The notes under the pieces: generated by a model | What the model was told of the DNA's origin: nothing | The model's input: the letters and a program-made list of their open reading frames with translations, nothing else | The model's database searches: none | Shown: one piece after another, positions 27,420-37,228 of the stretch | Position numbering within the stretch: the stretch's first letter is position 1 | Layout of the letters: every line of letters begins with the position of its first letter | Assembly: GCA_009786185.1 (NCBI GenBank) | Contig: WQTS01000139.1 | Span: forward strand, 6,802 to 70,801 | DNA length: 64,000 nt | DNA from: Bacteroidota bacterium | GTDB lineage: Bacteria; Bacteroidota; Bacteroidia; Bacteroidales; WCHB1-69 | Direction: 5' to 3' | Made by a program: the position numbers and the translations under genes

Positions 27420-28025
27420 TTACAAATCTACACCCACGCCAATTCTAAAAAACGGATAATAATTATGAGTGTAATTATTGATGGTGGGTTGGGTTATCGG
27501 AATATTAAAAAGTACTAAAGCTTGAAAAAAGACGCGCGGAGCGATATATTGTTTGTAGCCGCCGCCTACGACAGCAAAATGAAAATTGTAAGCTTGTGAA
27601 GGCGAGCCATCTAACCACCTAAAATGGTTTTGTTCAAATTCATAGCCTGCATGCACTACAATTCTCTTAATAATACATGGTTGCAGCGCCACGCCAAGCC
27701 CCCAAATATGCGAATCATAAAAATTTCTTTGCCACATGTAGGTGTATTGTCCATTTGCTATCACGAGCAACCAAGGCTTAATATAAACGCCCGCTTGCGG
27801 TGATATGCTCACTGCGCTACCAAAGTTTCCGAATTGCACGCCAAAGCCACCGCCAACAACAATTTTCGGTCTGCCTTTTTTTGCCGGTATCTCTTTTTGC
27901 AGGCTTTGCGGGGGCGGAGGGGTGTTTTGAGCGAAACAAGGCACAAAGGAGAAGGGAGAAAGGAGAAAGGAGAAAAAGAGAATTTTGAATTTTGAATTTT
28001 GAATTTTAAATTTTGGATTATTCAT
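27420..28025 (-). CDS. Small beta-barrel-like hypothetical protein; signal peptide encoded by repeat DNA
   Basis: N-terminus MNNPKFKIQNSKFKILFFSFLLSPFSFVPCFAQ, then an alternating aromatic/Gly-rich sequence ending ...FFRIGVGVDL. Confidence 0.5.
   Translation of the reverse strand: MNNPKFKIQNSKFKILFFSFLLSPFSFVPCFAQNTPPPPQSLQKEIPAKKGRPKIVVGGGFGVQFGNFGSAVSISPQAGVYIKPWLLVIANGQYTYMWQRNFYDSHIWGLGVALQPCIIKRIVVHAGYEFEQNHFRWLDGSPSQAYNFHFAVVGGGYKQYIAPRVFFQALVLFNIPITQPTINNYTHNYYPFFRIGVGVDL
27930..28016. repeat. GA-rich GGAGAA(A/G)G tract plus 7-bp tandem GAATTTT x about 5
   Basis: aaggagaagggagaaaggagaaaggagaaaaagag followed by aattttgaattttgaattttgaattttaaattttgg. It overlaps the first roughly 30 codons of the minus-strand ORF. 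Confidence 0.85.
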
Positions 28026-28040
28026 TTTGCAATATTATTT

Positions 28041-28155
28041 TTAAATATAAACTACCTAGTCCAGCTTTGCCGTTCATCCTTTCAAAATTTGAAGAGGATT
28101 TTTTCGTCATTCCGAGTAAAGCAAGGAATCTCCTCCTTTCTCCCTTCTCCTTTCT
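28041..28155 (-). repeat. Degenerate copy of the composite GA-rich / CTTCAAAATTTGAAG / TAGTTTATAT element
   Basis: The reverse complement reads agaaaggagaagggagaaaggagga ... aatcctcttcaaattttgaaaggat gaacggcaaagctggac taggtagtttatattt. Compare 4590-4640 and 39536-39640. Confidence 0.75.
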
Positions 28156-28157
28156 AC

Positions 28158-29156
28158 CTATTTACACGCTTGGCAAGCCGTAATCGCTACCAAACTCACA
28201 ATATCTTCTACAGAGCAGCCGCGCGACAAGTCGTTAATGGGAGCAGCCATCCCTTGCATAATCGGTCCAATTGCTTCTGCACCGGCAATACGTTGTACTA
28301 ATTTGTAAGCAATATTTCCTACTTCTAAGGTTGGGAATATCAATACGTTGGCTCTTCCGGCAATTTCGCTGTCAGGGGCTTTCGATTTTCCTACGCTGGG
28401 CACAATAGCAGCATCGGCTTGCAATTCGCCGTCAATTTTGAATTGGGGCGCCATCTCTTGTGCTATTTTGGTAGCGTTTCGCACTTTATCCACCATTTCG
28501 TGTTTAGCAGAACCTTTCGTGGAGAAGCTCAACAATGCCACACGCGGATCTAACTGTGCGATAGATTTTGCGGTTTGTGCCGTAACTACTGCAATTTCAG
28601 CTAATTCACGTTCGTTCGGATTCGGATGTGCTGCACAATCCGCCCACACCATCACGCCATTGTCGCCCCACTGCGGATCTTTAAACACCATAATGAAAGC
28701 ACCGGAAACCACGGAAACACCGGGTAATGTTTTCACCACTTGAAACGCCGGACGAAGCACGTCGCCGGTAGCGTTTAATGCGCCGGCAACTTCGCCATCC
28801 ACTTCTTTGTTTTTAATCAACAGCGTTGCCAAATACAACGGATCTTCTACCAAACGCAAGGCTTCTTCCGGTTGCATACCTTTGCTTTTGCGAATTTCGC
28901 AAAGCATTTCAGCATAAAATTCTTTCTTCGGATTATTTTTCGGGTCAATAATTTGTGCTTCTTTAACGTGAGTTAGGCCCCACTCTTTTGCTTGCGTTTC
29001 AATTTTCTCTTTGTTGCCCAACAGTACAATCTTTGCAAAGTCTTCTTTTATGATAATATCGGCGGCTTTCAACGTTCTTTCTTCTTCACCCTCAGGAAGT
29101 ACAATGGTTTTGTTTGCCGATTTGGCGGTTGCTTTAATTTGATCGATTAAATTCAT
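28158..29156 (-). CDS. pta: Phosphate acetyltransferase
   Basis: KTIVLPEGEEERTLKAA..., C-terminal ...PINDLSRGCSVEDIV..., about 330 aa, class I Pta pattern. Confidence 0.9.
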   Translation of the reverse strand: MNLIDQIKATAKSANKTIVLPEGEEERTLKAADIIIKEDFAKIVLLGNKEKIETQAKEWGLTHVKEAQIIDPKNNPKKEFYAEMLCEIRKSKGMQPEEALRLVEDPLYLATLLIKNKEVDGEVAGALNATGDVLRPAFQVVKTLPGVSVVSGAFIMVFKDPQWGDNGVMVWADCAAHPNPNERELAEIAVVTAQTAKSIAQLDPRVALLSFSTKGSAKHEMVDKVRNATKIAQEMAPQFKIDGELQADAAIVPSVGKSKAPDSEIAGRANVLIFPTLEVGNIAYKLVQRIAGAEAIGPIMQGMAAPINDLSRGCSVEDIVSLVAITACQACK

Positions 29157-29246
29157 AGTATGTTTTTTTATTGTTTTAAAAAATGTTTGGCAAAAATAAT
29201 TTTTTTAGTGATACGCGGCAAGTGACAGGTAAGCGTATTATTTTTT

Positions 29247-29336
29247 TACACAGAGAGCCACAGAGAAGGCACAGAGAATCACGGAGGGTTTTCATCTCTG
29301 TGGTTCTCTGCGTCTTCTTCGTGTAACTCCGTGAAA
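29247..29336. repeat. CTCTGTG-word palindromic element (second copy, arms in opposite order)
   Basis: cacagagagccacagagaaggcacagagaatcacggagg ... ctctgtggttctctgcgtcttcttcgtgtaactccgtg. It lies in the divergent intergenic region between pta and the TPR gene. Confidence 0.8.
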
Positions 29337-29409
29337 TAATTATCACGACTATCCATCACTAAAATAATCTCTCCCCTTGCCACGTTATCTAAAATCGAAA
29401 CTTAAATTA

Positions 29410-31284
29410 ATGAACCGACTATTTCTTTTTCTAATCATCACATTTCACGTTTTTTTTGCTGTTGCGCAACGCTCACAAGAAGAGCAATTAGCTGTTCAAC
29501 ACTATCAAAAAGGAGAATACGACAAAGTCAAAGCGATTTTGAAGCCTATTTTCGATAGAAAACCGGATGTTTACATTTATTCTTATTACTATCCAACTTT
29601 GTTACAATTAGAAGATTATAAAGAATTGGAGAAAGTAGTGAAAGCGCAACAAAAAGCATTTCCTACTGTGCGAAGGTATGACATTGATTTGGGGTATGTG
29701 TATGAACGTCAGGGAGATTTGAACAAGGCTTTGAAAGAATACGATGCCGCTATTAAAAATTTGCCGGCGCAAGAAAACGCATACCGAGAGTTGCATTATG
29801 CTTTTTTAAGCAGAGGCAAAAGAGATTATGCCATTGATGTTTTGTTGAAAGGAAGAAAAGCGCTGCAAAACCCCAAATTGCACTCCAAAGAATTGGTACA
29901 AGTTTATACTTCATTAAAAAACACGGATAAAATTATTGAAGAAGCGTTTAATTTGGTAAAAGACGGCAATGAGGCGCAACGTGCAGAAGCACAGGCTATT
30001 CTCCAAAACTTAATTGTGGAAGACGAAGAGCAAATCAACTATTTATTGCTGAAAACCGCTTTGCAAAAAGAGATTCAAAAAGATCCGAATAATTTAGAAC
30101 TTGTACATTTGTTATTTTGGGCGTATCAGCTAAATAAAGATTTTTCAGACGCCTTGTTAATTGCAAAATCGTTGGACAGAAGAACTAAAGGCGACGGCGA
30201 AATTATCATGAATTTGGCAAACAATGCTACGCTAAACAGAGATTACGAAACCGCAAAAGAAGCCTTGGAGTTTATCATTGCCAAAGGAGAAACTACGCCT
30301 CATTTTACCACAGCCAAATTTCAATTATTGAATGTAAAATATCTTCAACTAACCTCTGTTTCTCCGGTAAAAATATTAGAAGCAAAGATGTTAGAACAAG
30401 AGTTTAAAAAATTGATAGAAGAGTACGGTATACACAATAGCACTTCCGAGTGGATTCGAAAATATGCGCATTTATTAGCCTTTTATGTAAACAAACCTAC
30501 CGAAGCGGTTGAAGTTTTGAATACGGCAATTGCCGGTGTCAACATCCGTGATCCTAAGCAACAAGCGTTGTATAAAGTTGACTTGGCGGATATTTTATTG
30601 TATTCGGGAAATGTTTGGGACGCCACGCTTTTGTATTCACAAGTGGATAAGGACTTTCCCAACGATACCATCGGGCAAAATGCAAAATTTAAAAATGCCA
30701 AGCTTTCTTTCTATATAGGAGAGTTTACGTGGGCTAAAAGTCAGTTGGATATTTTGCGCGCCGCCACTTCAAAACTTATTGCCAACGATGCCATGCAGTT
30801 TTCGCTTCTAATTTCCGATAACGAAGACGATGAAGACGATGAGGATGAAAATGAGGATACGGAATTTTTTGGTTTGTTTGGCAACGACTTGGAAAAAAAC
30901 AAAGCGCTCCGCTATTTTGCCAAAGCCGATTTCATGTTGTTTCAAAACAACGATGAACAGGCACTTAAATATTTAGATTCCATTGCAATAGTGGCGCCGC
31001 TCTCGAAAATAGCGCCTCACGTGCTTTTCACAAAAGCGAAAATTTTCACTCGCCAAAAAAATTATTTGGAAGCCGAAAAATTATACCAACGTATATGTAA
31101 TATTTACTCAGATGGCTTGCTGGGCGATGATGCTCTTTACTATCTGGGCGAACTTTATGAATACCATTTGAAAGATATACCCCGCGCCATGGAGTGCTAT
31201 CAAAAACTGATGAGAGAGTATCCGGGCAGCCTTTTTGTGGTGGATGCGCGGAAGAGGTTTAGAACCTTACGGGGGGATTTTTGA
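29410..31284 (+). CDS. Tetratricopeptide-repeat protein (secreted or periplasmic)
   Basis: Signal peptide from ATG 29410; the track start at 29377 is TTG. Multiple TPR-like helical repeats and an acidic DNEDDEDDEDENED stretch. Confidence 0.65.
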   Translation: MNRLFLFLIITFHVFFAVAQRSQEEQLAVQHYQKGEYDKVKAILKPIFDRKPDVYIYSYYYPTLLQLEDYKELEKVVKAQQKAFPTVRRYDIDLGYVYERQGDLNKALKEYDAAIKNLPAQENAYRELHYAFLSRGKRDYAIDVLLKGRKALQNPKLHSKELVQVYTSLKNTDKIIEEAFNLVKDGNEAQRAEAQAILQNLIVEDEEQINYLLLKTALQKEIQKDPNNLELVHLLFWAYQLNKDFSDALLIAKSLDRRTKGDGEIIMNLANNATLNRDYETAKEALEFIIAKGETTPHFTTAKFQLLNVKYLQLTSVSPVKILEAKMLEQEFKKLIEEYGIHNSTSEWIRKYAHLLAFYVNKPTEAVEVLNTAIAGVNIRDPKQQALYKVDLADILLYSGNVWDATLLYSQVDKDFPNDTIGQNAKFKNAKLSFYIGEFTWAKSQLDILRAATSKLIANDAMQFSLLISDNEDDEDDEDENEDTEFFGLFGNDLEKNKALRYFAKADFMLFQNNDEQALKYLDSIAIVAPLSKIAPHVLFTKAKIFTRQKNYLEAEKLYQRICNIYSDGLLGDDALYYLGELYEYHLKDIPRAMECYQKLMREYPGSLFVVDARKRFRTLRGDF

Positions 31285-31312
31285 ATTTAAAAATTTAAGA
31301 TTTAAGGTTAGA
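31285..31312. repeat. AT-rich TAAATCTTAAATTTTTAAAT-family copy directly after a stop codon
   Basis: The reverse complement taaatcttaaatttttaaatt matches the family at 21439-21459 and 58191-58211 with one indel. Confidence 0.6.
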
Positions 31313-31319
31313 GATCATT

Positions 31320-32189
31320 CTAAAATCTCCATCCCAAACGAATCATCGGATTACATTTGAAACCAAGATGTCCGCCGGTTATTTTATCGTTAAATTTTTT
31401 ATCTATCTCTTCAGTATCAATGGATGTTGAATAGGAAGATGTTGCATGAGTAAAAATTTCACCTTTTACAGTACCTTTCAAAGCAAATGAATAATTATAT
31501 CCCAAACCTAATTCTGCACCTACATAAAGACCTTTGTAAATATAAAAATCGAAGCCTGCAAATGCTTTAAGTCCAAAAAACATATTTCCATTTTGCCTGT
31601 AAGTGTAATCGCATCCCCATGGATCACAAATATATGCACTTGTACAGTTCTTGGTTGTTAAACGAGAGTTGGTGGTCACGGTACTTATCAAGTCCCAACT
31701 TCCGTATTGGCGAGTCGTTACTGTTTGGTCAATATCAATTGTGCCGTTAGTCATGTAAAATCCAACAGGTATTTCGCCGCCGACATAAATTGACAAGCGC
31801 TCCCATTTGCCAAAATGGTATTCAGCTCCGGGGGCAATGGAAAATTTGATATAGTTATTTTTTTCAATTCTCTCTCCCGTTGTAATCACTCTACCCCAAT
31901 AATTTTCAGTTTCATTATCAAGATTTTTTTTGATTTTATTATGACCAAAATCTATTCCTAAATTGACACGCAAAGCCCATTTATTACTCAATCCAACACG
32001 TAAACGAAGTTCGGGCATAGTAAAGGGACCTGTTGAGTTGAAAAAAGAAAAATTTAATTCTGTAGCCACACTGCCTTTATAAAATTTGTAAGGAGGCGTG
32101 GTAACTTCTTCTGTTGCAGAAGAATTTTGTTGGGCATTAGCTCCAAAAGTACATGCTATGGCAAGCATTAGGATAAAAAGTTTTTTCAT
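31320..32189 (-). CDS. Outer-membrane beta-barrel (porin-like) protein
   Basis: Signal peptide from MKKLFILMLAIACTFGANAQ, alternating beta-strand pattern, C-terminal ...IRLGWRF. Confidence 0.6.
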   Translation of the reverse strand: MKKLFILMLAIACTFGANAQQNSSATEEVTTPPYKFYKGSVATELNFSFFNSTGPFTMPELRLRVGLSNKWALRVNLGIDFGHNKIKKNLDNETENYWGRVITTGERIEKNNYIKFSIAPGAEYHFGKWERLSIYVGGEIPVGFYMTNGTIDIDQTVTTRQYGSWDLISTVTTNSRLTTKNCTSAYICDPWGCDYTYRQNGNMFFGLKAFAGFDFYIYKGLYVGAELGLGYNYSFALKGTVKGEIFTHATSSYSTSIDTEEIDKKFNDKITGGHLGFKCNPMIRLGWRF

Positions 32190-32256
32190 GTTATAAAATT
32201 TTAGGTTAAACATTCTTAAATCGGGTGCAAATATCAAAAAAAGATTGAATTAAAGC

Positions 32257-33681
32257 TTACTGTTTAATCATCTTAACACTCACCGGAGCCTTATTCTCCC
32301 GTAATACTTTCACAATATAACATCCCGCTTGCAAATGAGAAACATTTATTCTCCCATCAATGGGTAAAACACGTTTTGCTCCTACATTTCTGCCATAAAT
32401 GTCATAAACTTCAATCGTACAATCATTTAAAAGTTCATTCTTTGCCGATTTTATAGTAATGTAATCGCTTGCCGGATTGGGATAAATGGAAAAAATCATC
32501 TCTTTTTCGTACTCTACAACCGGTAAATTGAATGGGGTGCCTACTTCTGTATCTCCTTTTTTGTAATAAACCAGCTCGTAGCAATATTTAGAACCCCACA
32601 TATCACAACATTCATAATATGGTCCACCTAAACCGGGATAATAGTCAGCTGCTGAAAAACAACCGTCAGCAGTAAGAAACTCTAAACACGGTTCATCGGA
32701 ATATATAATAACAAGACTTTCATTCAAATAATCATGAATATACATTTTCGGCAGTGGGCTATTCTTAATCATTACTTTAGCAATAGCTCCATCAAAATAA
32801 TTTTCATCCACATAAGGTTCATTGGGTTCAGTAGTAAAGAAAACACCTTTGGTAATGACTTGCTTCACCGTATCTTTTGGGGTTGCGGTATTGATTTTTC
32901 GTTCATAATAATATTCAATTCTGTCTTCGTAATCTGTGCGAGAAAGATAACGATGAATTGTTTTATATTCATAAAGAGGATATGGAATTCCTAACTTGAA
33001 AGCATAGTAGATATGAAACTCATCTCCAGCTTGAAAATCAAAGTAATCTTCTTTTAAGTTAATGGGCTTGAAACCGAGTTGCGGCTCGTTAATGCCTATC
33101 AAGTCAAATTCTTCTGTCCAATATTGGTACTCAAAATTGTAAAAGCTAACTGTTTTTATTAAACCAAAATGTTTACTGATTTCAAGAGAACGTTGGTTTA
33201 GAATATGATTTATTGGCGCAGCATTCATGTCGAAAACAGAAAACTTAACGGTCTTCACCAAATCTTCTACACCCAAAATTGATTTCGAAGCAATAGAAGT
33301 GATCTCACCTATAACTTTTATATCATCGTTTGCAAACACTTCCCAAATTTCATGTAGAGCAGCTTGGCTCTTAATAAAAATAAGTTGATTTTTACCATTG
33401 ACAAAAAAAGTATTCCCCTCATCATCAATAACAATATATTTCGACAACCACGAACCGGAAGTAACAGAATAACAATCCCAATCAATTTGATGCAGATCGG
33501 AAAATGGATAAAGAATAGTGTTGTCATTAAAAGTAGAATCAATTCGAATACAATAAACCAAATTGTTTCTGTCTTCAAAATAAACTTTTTTATCGGAGTA
33601 AACACATAGCCAATCTTCTTGGGCTTTCCCTTGAAAAATGAAGATGGCAATTAAGCATGTAAATAGTAATGTTTTTTTCAT
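32257..33681 (-). CDS. T9SS cargo protein, function unknown
   Basis: Signal peptide and type-A CTD (IYPNPASDYITI...EVYDIYGRNV...LQAGCYIVKV). Confidence 0.7.
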   Translation of the reverse strand: MKKTLLFTCLIAIFIFQGKAQEDWLCVYSDKKVYFEDRNNLVYCIRIDSTFNDNTILYPFSDLHQIDWDCYSVTSGSWLSKYIVIDDEGNTFFVNGKNQLIFIKSQAALHEIWEVFANDDIKVIGEITSIASKSILGVEDLVKTVKFSVFDMNAAPINHILNQRSLEISKHFGLIKTVSFYNFEYQYWTEEFDLIGINEPQLGFKPINLKEDYFDFQAGDEFHIYYAFKLGIPYPLYEYKTIHRYLSRTDYEDRIEYYYERKINTATPKDTVKQVITKGVFFTTEPNEPYVDENYFDGAIAKVMIKNSPLPKMYIHDYLNESLVIIYSDEPCLEFLTADGCFSAADYYPGLGGPYYECCDMWGSKYCYELVYYKKGDTEVGTPFNLPVVEYEKEMIFSIYPNPASDYITIKSAKNELLNDCTIEVYDIYGRNVGAKRVLPIDGRINVSHLQAGCYIVKVLRENKAPVSVKMIKQ

Positions 33682-33696
33682 GGTTTTTATTTTTAG

Positions 33697-33921
33697 TTAA
33701 ACAAATTTTGCTTTTCTCATAAAACCTCTATAACTCAAATCTTCGTCTAAATCTTTCCAATGAATTCCAATATTATCATATTCAAAATTAGCGAGTTGCG
33801 AAGGAGATGCAGCGCGCAAGCGAGGGTAATCTGCAAATAATTCGTTATATATATCTCCCTTGATCGTTTGGATATATACAGCCTCGCTGTCTATCCATAC
33901 TTTGACAATTGTAGTTTTCAT
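33697..33921 (-). CDS. DUF2442 domain protein
   Basis: Size and pattern (...VWIDSEAVYIQTIKGDIY...NIGIHWKDLDEDLS) are typical of DUF2442. It overlaps the upstream DUF4160 gene by 4 nt. Confidence 0.65.
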   Translation of the reverse strand: MKTTIVKVWIDSEAVYIQTIKGDIYNELFADYPRLRAASPSQLANFEYDNIGIHWKDLDEDLSYRGFMRKAKFV

Positions 33922-34178
33922 GATTTTATAATATTACTAAAGAAACGATTCCAATTTTCTATAATAATTTCTTTGTTTTCTTCAATAACCATTTCTGCCA
34001 TTTTCAACTCATTCGATTTCAAACCTTTATTTTCCAAAAGAATAATATCCGGAACTACCTGATAAATAGCATATTCTTTTATTTTTCCTTTACCTTTAAT
34101 AACATGAATATGGACAGGTTCATGATCATTACTGAAAAACATAAATCTCAAGCCGAAAAATACAAATACTGTTGGCAT
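33918..34178 (-). CDS. DUF4160 domain protein
   Basis: FFGLRFMFFSNDHEPVHIHV is the DUF4160 hallmark. Start taken at the internal ATG (MPTVFVFF...). Confidence 0.65.
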   Translation of the reverse strand: MPTVFVFFGLRFMFFSNDHEPVHIHVIKGKGKIKEYAIYQVVPDIILLENKGLKSNELKMAEMVIEENKEIIIENWNRFFSNIIKS

Positions 34179-34313
34179 ACCATATTTTTTTGAATTTACA
34201 AAGCAAATTAACATATTTTTTTTTGAATTGCGCATTGGATGAACAAAAAATTCATGCACTTTTGCAAAAAATTATAATGAACAACAATTTGTTGTAATAA
34301 AACTAAAGTCCCG

Positions 34314-37217
34314 ATGTTCACCCTCTATAAAGCCTCCGCCGGCTCCGGCAAAACCTCACGTTTAGTAGTAGAATATTTGGCGTTGTGCCTGCCACAGCCC
34401 GAAAAATTCAAACACGTACTTGCCATCACATTTACCAATAACGCTACCGCCGAAATGAAATCACGTATCGTGGATACGCTTTCTGAATTTGCTTTTGAAC
34501 CTGAAATTACTTCCAAGTTTCCCATTTATCATACATATAATCAAGTTATCGCAAAGATCGCATTGCATCTGCCTGAAAATGAGAAATTTCCTTACATAAA
34601 AAAACAATCGAAATTACTATTAGAGAAGATTTTATATGAATACGACCGCTTTTCCATCAGCACGATAGATAGTTTTTTTCAACGCATTTTGCGCGCTTTT
34701 GCTTTGGAGTTTGGGCTTTCTTCACAATTTAATTTAGAAATAGAATTGGACGATTTTTTCCGGGAAACGACCGCCGTTTTATTGCATCGCATTTCTAAAA
34801 ACAACGAACATCTTACCCAACGCGTGTTAGATTTAGTTGAAAATATGATGTTGGAAAAAGGGAAATGGAAAATTGAAAAAGAAATTCTCAAATTGTTGAA
34901 AATTAGTTTGGAAGAGGAGGTTTATCTTCCATTAAAAGAACTACAAGAATCTGAAAATACAGATTTTGAACAAGCGAAGAAAAAAATTAACCAAGAGATT
35001 TATCGTTTGAGAAATCAATTGAAAAACTTTACAACGAAAGAAGAGAAGAAGTCAGAGGCTTGCCTAATGCTCAAAGAACAATTGTTAGAGTATGAATTTT
35101 TTGGCAAAAATCTGTTTCAATTAGCATTGTTATTTGATTTAAAGATGATTATGGATGAAATTAAAATGCAAGACAATCTCTTTTATCTTTCGGAAACCAA
35201 TACCAAAATAAAGGAAAAATTGGGCAACGATGACGTTCCTTTTATCTACGAAAAAATTGGGAATCAATACTCTTATTTTTTTATTGATGAGTTTCAGGAC
35301 ACATCTAAGTTACAGTGGCAAAACATGATACCGCTACTAAGAGAAGCATTGGCAGGTACAAACAGATTTTACGAGCAGGGAAAAGTTTTTCTTTTCGGCG
35401 ATGTGAAACAGGCGATTTACCGTTTTCGCAACGGCGATGCAGATATTTTACAACAACTTTCTAACATTGAAGGTTACAAATCTGCCGTTTTGCCCTATTC
35501 AAAGCCGGAAGAAGATTATCGCGTGGAGTTATTGGATACTAATTTTCGCTCTTCAAAAAAAGTAATAGAATTTAATAATGCATTTTTTGATTTTTTAACT
35601 GCTGAAAACGGACCTTTTCACGAAGCGAAAGACTTTTACGAAGATGTGAAGCAAAAAACAAAACCCACCGCCGAAGAAGGCTTGGTAACGGTGCGTTTTC
35701 AAGAAGAGGAAGATAACCGCAAGTTTCAGGAATTTATGCCGGAACATGTCTTGGAAACTGTTTTAGACGCACTTCAACGCGGATACGCCTACAAAAATAT
35801 TGCCGTATTAGTGAGCAACAATGATTCGGCGAGCGCCATAGGCACATTTTTAATTGCCAACAACATCCCGATTATTTCTGCCGAATCGTTGCAACTGTCC
35901 GCATCCTCCGAAATTAATCTGTTGATCGCCACTTTGCAATATTTGGTTTCTGAAGAAGACAAATTGGCAAAATTGACAATGATTCATTATTTGGCGCAAC
36001 AAAATAACCTCCTATTAGAAAATTACATGCCTTGCATGCAAAATGAGCATGCCTTCCAACAGTTTTTAACAAATATTAATATCAACATTAGCAGAAAAAA
36101 ATTAAATTCACTTCCTTTATTCACCTTAATAGTCGAACTAAGTCGAATTATGTCGCTCTCCGTATGCAACCCATTTCTAATAAGATTATTAGACGAAACC
36201 GAAAAATTCGCCACAAAACGCAACGGTTCTACTCCCTTATTTTTAGAGTGGTGGGAAGAAAAAGGGCAAACCCTGGCGCTTTCTACTCCTCCGGGCATTG
36301 ATGCCGTAACAATTTCTACCATTCACAAATCCAAAGGATTAGAATATCCTGTTGTAATTTTTCCATTTAGCCGCTACAGCAATTTTAAAACCAAACCCGA
36401 TATATTTGTGAAAGATGAAAATCGCGTTACCGGTTTAGAATACGATTGGGTAACTTTATCCGATAAAAAAACGCCCGCGCGCTACCGGCACAAATACGCC
36501 GAAGAATCAAAGAAAACGCTGATTGATCAGTTAAACAAGTTGTATGTTGCCCACACCCGCGCGAGAACCGAGTTGCACATCATTACCGAAAAACCAAATG
36601 CGAGGGCGGGGAATTATAGTAAGTTTTTGGCAGCGTTCGGTGCGAGATATGAGGTTGGAGGTATGCGGTACGAGGTGTGCGGTGAGCGGTATGCGGTGGA
36701 CGGTGAATGGGAAATAAAAGGCAGAAAACAGAAAACAAAAAGCAATACACCACTTTGCGAACCATCTCTTCTGCCCTCTGCTCATCACCTCGCACCTCAC
36801 ACCTCATACCGCATACCGCATACCACCCAGCAACTCCGCGGCATCTTCATCCACAATTTCTTATCTTCTTTAACAACGTTTCCTCAAAACGAAAAAGAGA
36901 TAGACTGGGTGGTACAAAACGTAGAGGAAGCGTACAAAAAAGATCTTGCAAATATTTTTTATAAAATTCTGAATGACAAATCACTATCTCCATACTTTGT
37001 TTCGGAAGTAAAGGTGTTGAATGAAACTTCCATTTTGTTCCCAAACGGCAATTTATTGCGCCCCGACCGTGTAGTTTTTTTAGAAGACCGAACAGCGGTC
37101 ATTGACTATAAAACAGGCGAACCCAATGCTTCGCACAAAGAGCAGTTAGAACAATATTGTGAGGCTATTCGTGCGATGGGGTATGGAAATGTAGAGGGGC
37201 ATATTTTGTATGTATAA
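34314..37217 (+). CDS. UvrD-type helicase with C-terminal PD-(D/E)XK nuclease (AddA/RecB-like); carries an in-frame palindromic insertion
   Basis: Walker A ASAGSGKT, FIDEFQDTS, helicase motif VI-like LYVAHTRART, C-terminal nuclease motif RPDRVVF...IDYKTGE. Confidence 0.75.
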   Translation: MFTLYKASAGSGKTSRLVVEYLALCLPQPEKFKHVLAITFTNNATAEMKSRIVDTLSEFAFEPEITSKFPIYHTYNQVIAKIALHLPENEKFPYIKKQSKLLLEKILYEYDRFSISTIDSFFQRILRAFALEFGLSSQFNLEIELDDFFRETTAVLLHRISKNNEHLTQRVLDLVENMMLEKGKWKIEKEILKLLKISLEEEVYLPLKELQESENTDFEQAKKKINQEIYRLRNQLKNFTTKEEKKSEACLMLKEQLLEYEFFGKNLFQLALLFDLKMIMDEIKMQDNLFYLSETNTKIKEKLGNDDVPFIYEKIGNQYSYFFIDEFQDTSKLQWQNMIPLLREALAGTNRFYEQGKVFLFGDVKQAIYRFRNGDADILQQLSNIEGYKSAVLPYSKPEEDYRVELLDTNFRSSKKVIEFNNAFFDFLTAENGPFHEAKDFYEDVKQKTKPTAEEGLVTVRFQEEEDNRKFQEFMPEHVLETVLDALQRGYAYKNIAVLVSNNDSASAIGTFLIANNIPIISAESLQLSASSEINLLIATLQYLVSEEDKLAKLTMIHYLAQQNNLLLENYMPCMQNEHAFQQFLTNININISRKKLNSLPLFTLIVELSRIMSLSVCNPFLIRLLDETEKFATKRNGSTPLFLEWWEEKGQTLALSTPPGIDAVTISTIHKSKGLEYPVVIFPFSRYSNFKTKPDIFVKDENRVTGLEYDWVTLSDKKTPARYRHKYAEESKKTLIDQLNKLYVAHTRARTELHIITEKPNARAGNYSKFLAAFGARYEVGGMRYEVCGERYAVDGEWEIKGRKQKTKSNTPLCEPSLLPSAHHLAPHTSYRIPHTTQQLRGIFIHNFLSSLTTFPQNEKEIDWVVQNVEEAYKKDLANIFYKILNDKSLSPYFVSEVKVLNETSILFPNGNLLRPDRVVFLEDRTAVIDYKTGEPNASHKEQLEQYCEAIRAMGYGNVEGHILYV
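36636..36832. repeat. Palindromic element with GGTATGCGGT/GAGGTGTG-word arms, inside the helicase-nuclease CDS
   Basis: Left arm gaggtatgcggtacgaggtgtgcggtgagcggtatgcggtgg is an imperfect reverse complement of the right arm cacctcgcacctcacacctcataccgcataccgcataccaccc. They flank an A-rich core and are translated as ...GARYEVGGMRYEVCGERYAVDGEWEIKGRKQKTK...HLAPHTSYRIPHTT... Confidence 0.85.
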
Positions 37218-37228
37218 CAACATTTCCC

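Noticed and set aside
36531-36964. ORFs 36531..36800(-), 36583..36807(-) and 36707..36964(+) within the helicase-nuclease gene
   Set aside because: All three are generated by the palindromic insertion, which is open on both strands. Their composition is low-complexity repeat words (HTSY, RTPH).
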